Of a stretch of 64,000 nt of DNA, positions 8,963-17,707 are shown piece by piece. How positions within the stretch are numbered: the first letter of the stretch is position 1; every line of letters begins with the position of its first letter. Where the stretch lies: NCBI GenBank assembly GCA_045632285.1, contig JAZQWJ010000069.1:235-64234 (forward strand), in the 5' to 3' direction. Both the position numbers and the translations under genes were made by a program. The notes beneath the pieces were generated by a model. The model was not told the DNA's origin and ran no database searches. It saw nothing but the letters and a program-made list of their open reading frames with translations. This DNA is from Eubacteriales bacterium (GTDB taxonomy: Bacteria > Bacillota > Clostridia > Oscillospirales > CAG-272).

Positions 8963-10937
8963 GGGAGCGATGAATGATAAGCGCCCGCAGCTCTCTTTTG
9001 GCCCGGGTGGACCCGGTGGCGGACACCGAAACAATATGAGCCGCGTGCATGCGGAAAAGCCCAAACATACCAAAGAGACCCTGACAAGGCTGATGCGCTA
9101 CGTAGGGCGCAGCCGCTACGTGCTGATCGCGCTGCTGATCATTACGCTGATCACCTCGGTGATCGAGCTGACCGGCCCGTTGCTGCAGGGCAATGCCATT
9201 GATGCCATCGAACCGATCTATTACAATACGGCAGACGGTGCCGTGATCCGCGCCGATGCACTGGAGGCCGCCAAGGCAGCAGGCGTTGCCGTGCGGACGG
9301 AGTATCGCGTGCATTTCTTTGCATCGGATTACGTGGGGCGCGATGGGCACACGGGGGGCATGGTCTCCTATCTGATCGCAATGGGCGTGCTGTTTTTGAT
9401 CTCTGCCGTACTGCATTACGTGATGGGCGTGGTGGCGGCAAGGCTTGCGCAGCACACGGTCTATACGATGCGCAACGAGTTGTTTGAAAAGATCTCTCAC
9501 TTGCCCATTCGCTATACCGATACCCACAAGCACGGCGACATTATGTCCCGCATCACCAACGACGTAGAGAACATCTCCAACGCCGTCTCCAGCGCGATCA
9601 CGCTGCTGTTTTCAGGCGTACTGACCATTGTGGGCGCTTTGGTGATGATGCTGATCTTAAGTCCCATTATGACGCTTGTTGCTATGATCACCATTCCGCT
9701 TTCCATCTTTATTTCCGGCAAGCTGACCAAGTTTATGCGCAAATATTTCCGCGTGCGTCAGCAGCTGCTGGGCGCGATGAACGGCACCGTTGAGGAGATG
9801 GTGACCTCTTATGGCACGGTGGTGGCTTACAGCAAGGAGCAGACTGCCATTGAAAGATTTGACGGCTTTAGTGCCGATTACCGCGATTGCTCGGTCAAGG
9901 CGCGTGTTTGGGGCTCGATCATGGGCCCGATCATGAATTTTCTTGGCAATTTGCAATACGTGCTGGTGGCGGCCACGGGCGGTGCGATGATCATTTTCGG
10001 CGGCCCCGGAAACATCAGTATCGGTAATATTCAGTCGATGCTGTCCTATTCCAAAAGCTTTACGCGCCCCATCAACCAGATCGCCAATCAGTATTCTGCC
10101 ATTCTTACGGCACTGGCGGGCGCCGAGCGTATTTTTGCCATTATGGATCACCCCGAGGAGATCGACGAGGGCAAGGAGCATCTTGACGTTGCGAATATGG
10201 AGGGCAGGATCTCCTTTGAGGACGTGCAGTTTTCTTACGTTGAGGGCGAGCCCGTGCTGCAGGGCTTTGACCTTGAGGTGGAAAAGGGAAAAAAGATCGC
10301 CATCGTTGGTGCCACGGGATCGGGAAAGACCACTGTGGTCAATCTTTTGACAAGATTTTACGATCCCGACAGCGGTAGGATCGCCGTGGACGGGGTGGAT
10401 ATTACCCATATTCCCAAGGCCGAGCTGCGGCGCTCGATCGCGATCGTGCTGCAGGATACCGTGCTGTTTCGCGATACCATCCGCAACAACATCAAATACG
10501 GTGCCGAGGGGGCCAGTGATGAGGAGATGATGCGCGCCGCGCGTCATGCGCGTGCCGACGTGTTTATCGAGCGCTTGCCCGACGGCTATGACACCGTGCT
10601 GACCGAGGGCGGCGGAAACCTTTCCCAGGGGCAGCGCCAGCTGTTGGCCATTGCAAGAGCTGTGCTGGCCGATCCCAAGATCTTGATCTTGGACGAGGCC
10701 ACCTCCTCTGTGGATACCCGCACCGAGATGCACATTCAGCAGGCGATGGTAGAACTGATGAAAAACCGCACCTCGCTGATCATTGCGCACCGCCTGTCTA
10801 CCATTCGTGATGCCGACACCATCGTGGTATTGCGTGACGGCGTGATCGCAGAGGCGGGTAACCACGACGCGCTGCTTGCGCGCGGCGGGGAATATGCCAA
10901 GCTTTACAGCAATCAGTTTGCGGGGATCGCCACATGA
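8955..10937 (+). CDS. ABC exporter fused TMD-NBD subunit, consensus-site partner of a heterodimer
   Basis: AGGAGG (8941-8946) precedes the ATG at 8955, which overlaps the upstream stop. It has Walker A GATGSGKTT and Walker B ILILDEAT (canonical Glu). The signature is degenerate (LSQGQRQ). This asymmetry is complementary to the upstream subunit, as in LmrCD, BmrCD and TM287/288-type exporters. Confidence 0.85.
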   Translation: MNKGAMNDKRPQLSFGPGGPGGGHRNNMSRVHAEKPKHTKETLTRLMRYVGRSRYVLIALLIITLITSVIELTGPLLQGNAIDAIEPIYYNTADGAVIRADALEAAKAAGVAVRTEYRVHFFASDYVGRDGHTGGMVSYLIAMGVLFLISAVLHYVMGVVAARLAQHTVYTMRNELFEKISHLPIRYTDTHKHGDIMSRITNDVENISNAVSSAITLLFSGVLTIVGALVMMLILSPIMTLVAMITIPLSIFISGKLTKFMRKYFRVRQQLLGAMNGTVEEMVTSYGTVVAYSKEQTAIERFDGFSADYRDCSVKARVWGSIMGPIMNFLGNLQYVLVAATGGAMIIFGGPGNISIGNIQSMLSYSKSFTRPINQIANQYSAILTALAGAERIFAIMDHPEEIDEGKEHLDVANMEGRISFEDVQFSYVEGEPVLQGFDLEVEKGKKIAIVGATGSGKTTVVNLLTRFYDPDSGRIAVDGVDITHIPKAELRRSIAIVLQDTVLFRDTIRNNIKYGAEGASDEEMMRAARHARADVFIERLPDGYDTVLTEGGGNLSQGQRQLLAIARAVLADPKILILDEATSSVDTRTEMHIQQAMVELMKNRTSLIIAHRLSTIRDADTIVVLRDGVIAEAGNHDALLARGGEYAKLYSNQFAGIAT

Positions 10938-11710
10938 CGGTGGGCAGCAAGATCACGTTTGAAAAGCTGTGCCACGAGGAGCTTTCCCGCGTGAAGGAAA
11001 GGGATGGCATAGGCCTGTATGCCGAAAAGCGCTTGCACAGCGTGCTAAAGCGTTGGATGTATGACGATTTTTCGGCGCACGAACAAAAAGTGCCCCAACG
11101 GGGTGGGAAAATCAGCCGTTTTGTGGCTGACGTTCTGACCCCGGATGGGGAGATCATTGAGATCCAAACCGGCAAAATGTACCCGCTTGCCCGCAAGGTG
11201 GCATTTTATATGGAGCAGACCGACCTTAAGGTCACGCTGGTGCACCCTTTGCTTGCGCGCAAGTGGGTCAATTGGCTGGAGCCCGAAACGGGAGAAGTGC
11301 GAGAGCGTAATCGCTCTACAAAAAAAGAGACGGTGCTGTCGGGGCTTGCGCAGCTGAAGGCAATGGCACAGTACCTGGGCGATCCTCGGCTGACGGTGGT
11401 GCTTCCAATGTTGGAGCTGGAGGAGTTCCGCTTGCTTGACGGATGGGTCAAGGACCCCAAGCGGCGCTCTCACCGTTACGAGCTGATCCCCACTGCTCTG
11501 CTTGATACGGCGGTGCTGCGTGATAAGCAGGATTATGCGGCGCTTTTCCCGCAGGAGCTGCCCGAAAGATTTACGGCAAAGATCTTTTCAAAGCATACCC
11601 GTTTGCGGGGATATGCGCTTTATGATGCCATTGCGGTGTTTGAGGCGCTTGGCGTGATCCGCCGCCTTGGCAAGGAGGGGCGGAGCTTTGTGTTTGAACG
11701 AACGATATAA
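10934..11710 (+). CDS. Hypothetical protein, CoiA-like / PD-(D/E)xK nuclease-fold candidate
   Basis: Its ATG overlaps the ABC stop (ATGA at 10934-10937). AEKRLHSVLKRW..(x)..FVADVLTPDGEIIEIQTG resembles the E..H..K / D / E-x-Q core of CoiA-type restriction-endonuclease-fold proteins. The function call is inference only. Confidence 0.45.
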   Translation: MTVGSKITFEKLCHEELSRVKERDGIGLYAEKRLHSVLKRWMYDDFSAHEQKVPQRGGKISRFVADVLTPDGEIIEIQTGKMYPLARKVAFYMEQTDLKVTLVHPLLARKWVNWLEPETGEVRERNRSTKKETVLSGLAQLKAMAQYLGDPRLTVVLPMLELEEFRLLDGWVKDPKRRSHRYELIPTALLDTAVLRDKQDYAALFPQELPERFTAKIFSKHTRLRGYALYDAIAVFEALGVIRRLGKEGRSFVFERTI

Positions 11711-11711
11711 G

Positions 11712-11740
11712 AAAAAGGCAAGCAAATGCTTGCCTTTTTG
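11712..11740. terminator. Bidirectional rho-independent terminator
   Basis: AAAAAGGCAAGC-AAAT-GCTTGCCTTTTT lies between convergent genes. Confidence 0.8.
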
Positions 11741-11742
11741 CG

Positions 11743-12606
11743 TTACAGTCCCAACGCTGCGGCGAGACCGGTGAGATCAAACAGCACGCCGAACAGGATG
11801 CCGCAGCCAAGGAGGGCGGCGGTGAGCAGCAGGTTTTCTTTTAAGTGACGGTTGGTGCGGAACAGCACCAGAATGCCTGCGCCCGCACCGGTGAGAAGAC
11901 CGGCCAGCATAGCGCCGCCGGAGATCACGCCGTTGACCCAAAGCGTGGCAATGGCCACAGAAACAGCGCAATTGGGGATCAGGCCGACCAAGGCGGCCAA
12001 CGCGGAGCCAAGGAGGGGAACGCTGCCAACGGCGGAGGCGATCGCCTCCTCGCCCACCAGCTCAAACAGGGCGGTCAGCGCCACATTGATGATCCAGATG
12101 AACAGAAAAACGAACAGCGTGTGGTGAATAGACGAACGCCAGACGCCCTTTTCGCAGTGGCAATGCTCCTCTTCGCACAGCTCCTCGATGTGGGTCTCTT
12201 TGATCTGCTTGTGCAAGAGCAGATCCGTTGAAAAACCGACAACAAGCGCCAGCACCAGCTTGATTGTCAACACAGTCAGGATCTTGGCGGGGCCAACGCC
12301 CTCACCAATGAATACGGGCAGCATCTCATCGGAGGTGGCCAAAAAAACCGCCAACAGCGTACCGGGGGTCACCACGCGGCCGGCATAAAGTCCTGCCGCC
12401 ATGGTAGAAAAGCCGCATTGCGGCACAAGGCCCAGCACACCGCCAATGGCGGGACCGGCACGGCCTGCTTTTTTGACGGCGGTCTGCACACGGTCGCCCG
12501 CCTTGTGCTCGATCAGCTCCATCAAAACGTAGGTCAAAAACAAAAAGGGGAGGATTTTTAAGGAATCCAGTGTGCCGTGGCCTAAAATATGTAGGAATTC
12601 ATGCAT
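11743..12606 (-). CDS. Polytopic membrane protein, putative metal-ion permease (ArsP_2/DUF2899-like)
   Basis: It is highly hydrophobic, with paired motifs (LVPQCGFS.., LIPNCAVS) and a His/Cys-rich loop (EEEHCHCEKG). It starts 3 nt downstream of the Fur-family gene, so the two are probably one operon. Confidence 0.6.
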   Translation of the reverse strand: MHEFLHILGHGTLDSLKILPFLFLTYVLMELIEHKAGDRVQTAVKKAGRAGPAIGGVLGLVPQCGFSTMAAGLYAGRVVTPGTLLAVFLATSDEMLPVFIGEGVGPAKILTVLTIKLVLALVVGFSTDLLLHKQIKETHIEELCEEEHCHCEKGVWRSSIHHTLFVFLFIWIINVALTALFELVGEEAIASAVGSVPLLGSALAALVGLIPNCAVSVAIATLWVNGVISGGAMLAGLLTGAGAGILVLFRTNRHLKENLLLTAALLGCGILFGVLFDLTGLAAALGL

Positions 12607-12609
12607 TGG

Positions 12610-13041
12610 TCAGCCCTCCTTGGCACAGGCTGCGCAAAGCCCATACAGGACCGAGCGGCCGCGGTCCACCGAAAATTGGTGAGAGGCGCTGAGTGCCTCG
12701 GCAATGGCATCGCCACACTTGCATTCCAAATGTGTAACGCGCCCGCAGACGGTGCAGTGCAGATGAAAATGGGTGTGACAGCGGTGGGCGTTCCCCACGT
12801 ATTGGTATACAAAGCCGTCACCATCCTTGGCGGGGAGCTTGGCCACCTCACCCTCGTCGTACATTTCCGAGAGCATACGGTAGACCGAGCTGCGGCCGGG
12901 GGCTGCAACGCCCGCGTTGCGGCAGGAGGACAATAGACCGCTATAAAGCTCCTCGGCGCTTTTTGGGGGCTCGGCGGCCACGTTTTTCAGGTGTTGAGCA
13001 AGGCGCGTGCGCCCTGCGGTGTTGTAATGCTTTTTTTCCAT
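12610..13041 (-). CDS. Fur-family metalloregulator
   Basis: The N-terminus is a winged helix (SVYRMLSEMYDEG). It also has an HTHFHLHC-x2-CG metal-site block and a C-terminal C-x2-C (LCAACA). Confidence 0.8.
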   Translation of the reverse strand: MEKKHYNTAGRTRLAQHLKNVAAEPPKSAEELYSGLLSSCRNAGVAAPGRSSVYRMLSEMYDEGEVAKLPAKDGDGFVYQYVGNAHRCHTHFHLHCTVCGRVTHLECKCGDAIAEALSASHQFSVDRGRSVLYGLCAACAKEG

Positions 13042-13052
13042 AAGGATCCTTT

Positions 13053-13075
13053 TTGAAAATGAGAACTGTTTTCAA
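13053..13075. promoter_or_regulatory. Inverted repeat, candidate Fur-family operator
   Basis: TTGAAAA-TGAGAACTG-TTTTCAA lies 12 nt upstream of the Fur-family start codon. It is AT-rich and Fur-box-like. Confidence 0.4.
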
Positions 13076-13194
13076 ATTGTACCATACAAACGGCATTTTG
13101 TCAAGGAGAAACGGCAAAAAATGTAGCAAGCAATTGACTTTTGCGTGATCGTGTGCTACAATACTATGGGAATTTTGAAGGGAAGGTGAGTTGG

Positions 13195-14121
13195 ATGGAT
13201 AAGCGCAAGCTAACGGGCCCTGTGCTGCTGTTTTTGGCGGCATTCATCTGGGGCACTTCCTTTGTGGCACAGGACGTGGGAGCCGAGACTATCGGCAGCT
13301 TTACCTATCAGGCGGTACGCAATCTGATGGCGGCAACCATACTGCTTCCGCTTTGCTTTTTATCCAATGCGGTGGCCAAAAAGCGCGGCACGTGGCAGCC
13401 GATGACGGCGCGCTCGCGTAAGTATCTGTTGCTTGGCGGCTTGGGCTGCGGCCTGCTGCTTTCTGTGGCGGTGATCCTGCAGCAGTTTGGCATTGCGGGC
13501 AACGTGACCTCCCCCGGCAAGGATGCCTTTATTACGGCGCTGTATATCGTATTTGTGCCTGTGATCGGCCTCTTTTTTGGAAAGCGCTCGCGCCTTCACG
13601 TGTATCTTTGCGTTGTGGTGGCGCTGGTGGGACTTTGGCTGCTTTGCATGGGTGGCTCCGGCATTACCACCGCCGATATTTTGGTGATCGCTTGTTCGGT
13701 GGCGTTTTCTTTTCATATTATATTGGTGGATACCGTGGCGCCTCACGTCAATGGCATTGCGCTTTCCTGCCTGCAATTTTTTGTGGCGGCGGCTATTTCC
13801 TTTGTGGGGATGCTGATCTATGAGGAGCCCAGTATCAGTGCCATTTTGCACGCTTGGTTTCCGCTGTTTTATTCCGGCGTGCTGTCGGGCGCGATCGCTT
13901 ATACCCTGCAGATCCTGGGGCAAAAGCACACCCCTGTTACGGTCGGCAGCCTGATTATGAGCTTAGAGGCGCTTTTTGCGGTGGCGGCCAGTATGATCAT
14001 GCTGCCCGAGGTGCCTGCACCGACGGGGAGAGAATGGATCGGCATGGCCTTGATCTTTGCGGCTATTATCGTATCGCAGCTGCCGATCCCAAGCTTTAAA
14101 AAAGAAAGCAAACAAATATAA
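13195..14121 (+). CDS. DMT-superfamily (EamA-like) transporter
   Basis: The ATG at 13195 follows GAAGGGAAGGTGAG. Upstream is the promoter TTGACT (13134-13139), a 17-nt spacer, then TGcTACAAT. The protein has 10 predicted TM segments and a duplicated EamA layout. Confidence 0.8.
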   Translation: MDKRKLTGPVLLFLAAFIWGTSFVAQDVGAETIGSFTYQAVRNLMAATILLPLCFLSNAVAKKRGTWQPMTARSRKYLLLGGLGCGLLLSVAVILQQFGIAGNVTSPGKDAFITALYIVFVPVIGLFFGKRSRLHVYLCVVVALVGLWLLCMGGSGITTADILVIACSVAFSFHIILVDTVAPHVNGIALSCLQFFVAAAISFVGMLIYEEPSISAILHAWFPLFYSGVLSGAIAYTLQILGQKHTPVTVGSLIMSLEALFAVAASMIMLPEVPAPTGREWIGMALIFAAIIVSQLPIPSFKKESKQI

Positions 14122-14168
14122 AATGCGCCTACGTACCGTTTTTTGGGGGTACGTAGGCGCATTTTTTG
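14121..14168. terminator. Bidirectional rho-independent terminator
   Basis: The 16-bp stem AATGCGCCTACGTACC / GGTACGTAGGCGCATT is flanked by an A-tract and a T-tract. Confidence 0.8.
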
Positions 14169-14175
14169 TGCAATC

Positions 14176-14775
14176 TCAGTCAAAATCCCGACGGCCCTCA
14201 AGGGCGCGGGAGAGTGTGATCTCGTCGGCGTATTCCAGCTCGCCGCCAAAGGGGATGCCGTGGGCAAGACGGGTGACCTTGATGCCAAGGGGGCGCAGCA
14301 AGCGCCCGATATACATGGCAGTGGCCTCGCCCTCGGTGGTGGCGCCGGTGGCCACGATGACCTCGCGCACGCTGTCGTCCTCTAAGCGGCAAAGCAGCTC
14401 GCGCAGAGCCAAGGCATCCGGCGTGATGCCGCTGATGGGGGAGATCAGGCCGTGCAGCACGTGATAGGTGCCACGAAACGAGCGGACCTTTTCAAAGGCC
14501 ATTACGGCGCGGGGATCCTCGACCACGCAGATCACCGATCTGTCGCGTGCGGTATCGGCGCAGATGGGGCAAAGCTCGCGGTCGGTCAGGTTTTGACAGT
14601 TGGGGCAACGGTGGATCTTTTCCTTGGCCTCGGTGATAGCCGAGGTCAGTGCCTCGATCTCATCGGGGCTGTACTTCAATATGGAAAAGGCCAGACGCTG
14701 TGCCGTTTTTTTGCCAATACCGGGCAAACGGGCAAGCTGCTCTGTCAAAACGTCAAGTGCCTCGATGCCTGACAT
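14176..14775 (-). CDS. recR: Recombination protein RecR
   Basis: MSGIEALDVLTEQLARLPGIGKKTAQRLAF (HhH), a C4 zinc finger (CPNC..CPIC) and a Toprim domain. The track start at 14826 overlaps ybaB. Confidence 0.9.
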   Translation of the reverse strand: MSGIEALDVLTEQLARLPGIGKKTAQRLAFSILKYSPDEIEALTSAITEAKEKIHRCPNCQNLTDRELCPICADTARDRSVICVVEDPRAVMAFEKVRSFRGTYHVLHGLISPISGITPDALALRELLCRLEDDSVREVIVATGATTEGEATAMYIGRLLRPLGIKVTRLAHGIPFGGELEYADEITLSRALEGRRDFD

Positions 14776-14776
14776 A

Positions 14777-15151
14777 TCAGAACAGGCCGGGCATACCGCC
14801 CATGCCGGGCAGACCCAGTGCGCCAAGGGCGCCGGTGATCTTATCCATTTCTGCGGCAGAGGTCTCTTCTACCTGCTTGATGGCCTGATTGATGCCGGCT
14901 ACCAAAATATCGGAAAGGGTCTCGATGTCGTCGGGGTCCACGATCTCGGGCTGGATGTCCAGTGCAAGGATCTCTTTTTTGCCGTTGATCTTAACGGTCA
15001 CTGCACCGCCGCCGGCAGAGATCTCGTACTCGCGCTCCTCCAGCTCGGCTTGCTTTGCGGCCATATCCTCCTGCATCTTTTGGACCTGCTGCAGCATAGC
15101 GGCCTGGTTGTTCATATTCATACCTTTTGCTTTGGGAATGTTTGCTCTCAT
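14777..15151 (-). CDS. ybaB: Nucleoid-associated protein YbaB/EbfC
   Basis: AAGGAGA RBS lies 8 nt upstream. The block ..MLQQVQKMQEDMAAKQAELEE..GGGAVTVKINGKKEI..IDI is present, and the gene sits in the conserved position between dnaX and recR. Confidence 0.85.
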   Translation of the reverse strand: MRANIPKAKGMNMNNQAAMLQQVQKMQEDMAAKQAELEEREYEISAGGGAVTVKINGKKEILALDIQPEIVDPDDIETLSDILVAGINQAIKQVEETSAAEMDKITGALGALGLPGMGGMPGLF

Positions 15152-15171
15152 TTTTATGTTCTCCTTGTTTG

Positions 15172-16857
15172 TTATTCGGTTTGGTTGGCGGCCTCAAGCA
15201 GGTCGTCCAGTATGGTGTCGCGGACGGTCTCACGCTCGCCGATGGTCTCTAGGATCAGCTCGGCAGGGGTGGGGGCTCTTTTGATCTCGGGGGCAATGGC
15301 ACGGCAAAGCAGAGCCTTGTTTGCGGGGGTATCCAGCATCATCGGTGCCATAGGATTGACCAGCTGAAGCACGACCTTGCCGTCGTCATCCAAAAACGCC
15401 TTGCCTTCCTCCAAAAACGGGGCCAGCATCGTATTCTCGCGGCGGACGCGCTCTACACAGTTCATATAGCCGCGTATGCGGTGCAAAACACGACCCGTTG
15501 CGGGGGTATTTGCAACAGGGGCTTTCGTTGCGGGCGCTTTTTGCGGTGCGGGGGTTGACGGAGCTTGCTTGGGCGCCGGAGGCGCGTTAAAAAGCGGATC
15601 TGTAAGGGGCTCGAAGGCCGGGGGCGGTGCTTCCTTTGGGATGGGGGCGGCCTCTTGCACGGTGGGTGCGGGCACAGGAGCCTTTGGTGCTTGTGCAGGC
15701 ATAACGGCGCCGGCAGCCACGCTGTCCTCCAGCCGCTCTAAGCGGGCAAGAAGGCTTTCTGTGGAGGTATCAAGGGCGGGATCGCACATCCGTACCAGTG
15801 TCAGCTCGGCCACCATACGCTTGACGGCATTGGCCTTTTGCATGGCAAACAGTGCATCCTCTAAAAGGCGGCAATGGGCAAGCAGGGTGCCCTTTTTAAA
15901 ACGATCGGCCAGTGCGCGGAGCTGTGCGGTCTCGCTATCGGTCAGATCCAGATAGCGGGCGGCTTCGGCAGTGGTCTTGATCACCAGAATGTCGCGGTAG
16001 ATCCCGATCAGATCCTGCCAAAAAACAGCCAGATCGCGGGAGGAGGCCACGGCCTCGTCTACAGTAGAAAAGATGGTGTCGTAATCGGCATCTGCCACGG
16101 CAGTGACCAACGCCAGCATCGCTTCACGTCCGCCGGAGCCCATCATTTCGTCAACGGTGGGGACGTCAATGTGCTTTCCGGCACTGCCGCAAAGCTCCAA
16201 CAGGCTGATGGCATCGCGCATGCCTCCCTGTGCCATACGCGCAATGCGCTCGGCTGCGGCAGACTCTAATGACAGGCCCTCTTGCGCGGCAATATAAGAG
16301 ATGCGGCTTGCCAGCACCGATAAGGCGATGCGGCGGAAGTCAAAGCGCTGGCAACGGGAGATGATGGTGGCGGGGAGCTTGTGCAGCTCTGTAGTAGCCA
16401 GAATAAAGATCACGTGAGAGGGGGGCTCTTCCAGTGTCTTCAGCAAAGCGTTAAAGGCGCTGGAGGATAGCATATGGACCTCGTCTACGATATAAACGCG
16501 GTAACGGAGCAGGGTGGGGGGATAGACCACCTCGTCGCGGATGTCGCGGATGTTATCTACGCCGTTGTTAGAGGCGGCGTCCATTTCCAACACGTCGGTG
16601 GCGGCGCCGCTGTCAATGGCGCGGCAAGAAGCGCATTTGCCGCAAGGATTGCCGTTTTCGGGCGCCTCGCAGTTTACGGCCTTGGCCAGGATCTTGGCGC
16701 AGGTGGTCTTGCCGGTTCCGCGTGAGCCGCAGAACAGATATGCGTGCGAGAGGGCGTTGTTGGATACCTCGTAACGCAATACCGAGGTGATGTGCTCCTG
16801 TCCGCAAACGTCATCAAAGCTTTGCGGTCTCCATTTGCGATATAATGCCTGATGCAT
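15172..16857 (-). CDS. dnaX: DNA polymerase III subunit gamma/tau
   Basis: YRKWRPQSFDDVCGQEH, Walker A GSRGTGKTT, a Zn module C-x8-C-x2-C-x2-C, Walker B/DEAH-like IVDEVHML, and SRC (ISRCQRF). Confidence 0.95.
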   Translation of the reverse strand: MHQALYRKWRPQSFDDVCGQEHITSVLRYEVSNNALSHAYLFCGSRGTGKTTCAKILAKAVNCEAPENGNPCGKCASCRAIDSGAATDVLEMDAASNNGVDNIRDIRDEVVYPPTLLRYRVYIVDEVHMLSSSAFNALLKTLEEPPSHVIFILATTELHKLPATIISRCQRFDFRRIALSVLASRISYIAAQEGLSLESAAAERIARMAQGGMRDAISLLELCGSAGKHIDVPTVDEMMGSGGREAMLALVTAVADADYDTIFSTVDEAVASSRDLAVFWQDLIGIYRDILVIKTTAEAARYLDLTDSETAQLRALADRFKKGTLLAHCRLLEDALFAMQKANAVKRMVAELTLVRMCDPALDTSTESLLARLERLEDSVAAGAVMPAQAPKAPVPAPTVQEAAPIPKEAPPPAFEPLTDPLFNAPPAPKQAPSTPAPQKAPATKAPVANTPATGRVLHRIRGYMNCVERVRRENTMLAPFLEEGKAFLDDDGKVVLQLVNPMAPMMLDTPANKALLCRAIAPEIKRAPTPAELILETIGERETVRDTILDDLLEAANQTE

Positions 16858-16897
16858 GGCGGATGCCCTCCTTCAGATAAAAAACAAGCTGCAAAAT

Positions 16898-17180
16898 AAG
16901 ACCATACACCTCCCAATCGAACGTCACCTTTGCGCGGATCTCGAGCCTTTCGCTCGGAGCAGGCTGCCTCGCGGCACATCAGGTTAACCGCTTAATGCTG
17001 CTTGGTTCCCCACCTGACATGGTTCACAGTGTCTGATTGCGCAAGACCCACTCTTCATCACGGAAGAACCCGCTCCGGACCGCATCGCTTCGGTCCTCAA
17101 GGGAGGGATCTACCCCTGCTATAGCGGATTTCAGGTGCAGGGCTCCGCTACTTCCCCGGCTGGTATGGCCTTATTTCACA
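16898..17180 (-). ncRNA. ffs: Signal recognition particle RNA, long Bacillus/Clostridium type with Alu domain
   Basis: The minus strand reads ..GCCGGGGAAGUAGCGGAGCCCUGCACCUGAAAUCCGCUAUAGCAGGGG.. (Alu domain). Further on it reads ..GAACCAUGUCAGGUGGGGAACCAAGCAGCAUUAAGCGG.. (domain IV/S-domain motif). This follows B. subtilis scRNA as I recall it. The gene sits at the conserved position upstream of dnaX. The ends are approximate, within about 10 nt. Confidence 0.85.
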
Positions 17181-17191
17181 GCTTTCATTTT

Positions 17192-17220
17192 ATTATACCA
17201 CAACTCTTTTTGTTTTGCAA
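17192..17220 (-). promoter_or_regulatory. Sigma-A-type promoter for ffs
   Basis: On the minus strand: TTGCAA, a 17-nt spacer, then TATAAT, ending about 7-12 nt before the predicted SRP RNA 5' end. Confidence 0.6.
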
Positions 17221-17254
17221 GAGAAAAGATGTTTTTTTAAGCAGAAATTTTCTG

Positions 17255-17707
17255 TTATTCTTTGGCGCGGTCCTGCATACGCTCTGCAAGGTTGCTTGGC
17301 GGCGCTTCTGTTACCAAAGAAAGAAGGACGTCACAGCCGCGACGCCGCAAGGCGGCAAGATCCAGCCAACCAAGGAGCTGCCCCCCCTCCAGCGGGGCGC
17401 CGATGCTTGCAAGGGGCAAAAAATCGCCGTGCAAGAGCGGGAGCGCCGCATCGTTTTTGGCGTGCAGGCAGAGCAGGACCTGTGCCCGCCCGCAAACGGC
17501 AAAGCACAGGCTTTGCGGCTCGCATAAGGCAAGGATCCCCGAAAGCGGCGCGCGGAGCGTGCCGTTTTCGGGCAGTAGCACCGCGCGACACAAGGGTGTG
17601 TTGCTTTTCAAAAAGTCCTTGAACGGGGCGAGAAAATGGCGATTTTTGCCCGTGATATCCTCCACTGTCAGCAGCTTGCTGTCCATGGGCGGCCGCAACG
17701 GGATCAC
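17255..17707 (-). CDS. PTS EIIA-Glc-like domain protein (divergent)
   Basis: By-eye alignment to E. coli IIA-Glc: ..GTLRAPLSGIL.. corresponds to ..KMVAPVDGTI.., and LLCLHAKNDA corresponds to LFVHFGIDTV. The His equivalent to the phospho-acceptor is retained and the first active-site His is lost. The start overlaps the upstream stop by 4 nt. Confidence 0.5.
   Translation of the reverse strand: MIPLRPPMDSKLLTVEDITGKNRHFLAPFKDFLKSNTPLCRAVLLPENGTLRAPLSGILALCEPQSLCFAVCGRAQVLLCLHAKNDAALPLLHGDFLPLASIGAPLEGGQLLGWLDLAALRRRGCDVLLSLVTEAPPSNLAERMQDRAKE

Noticed and set aside
16674-17240. Track ORFs overlapping the dnaX upstream region (16674-16979 minus, 17037-17240 plus).
   Set aside because: The SRP RNA gene and its promoter account for this region, and the ORF translations are not protein-like.
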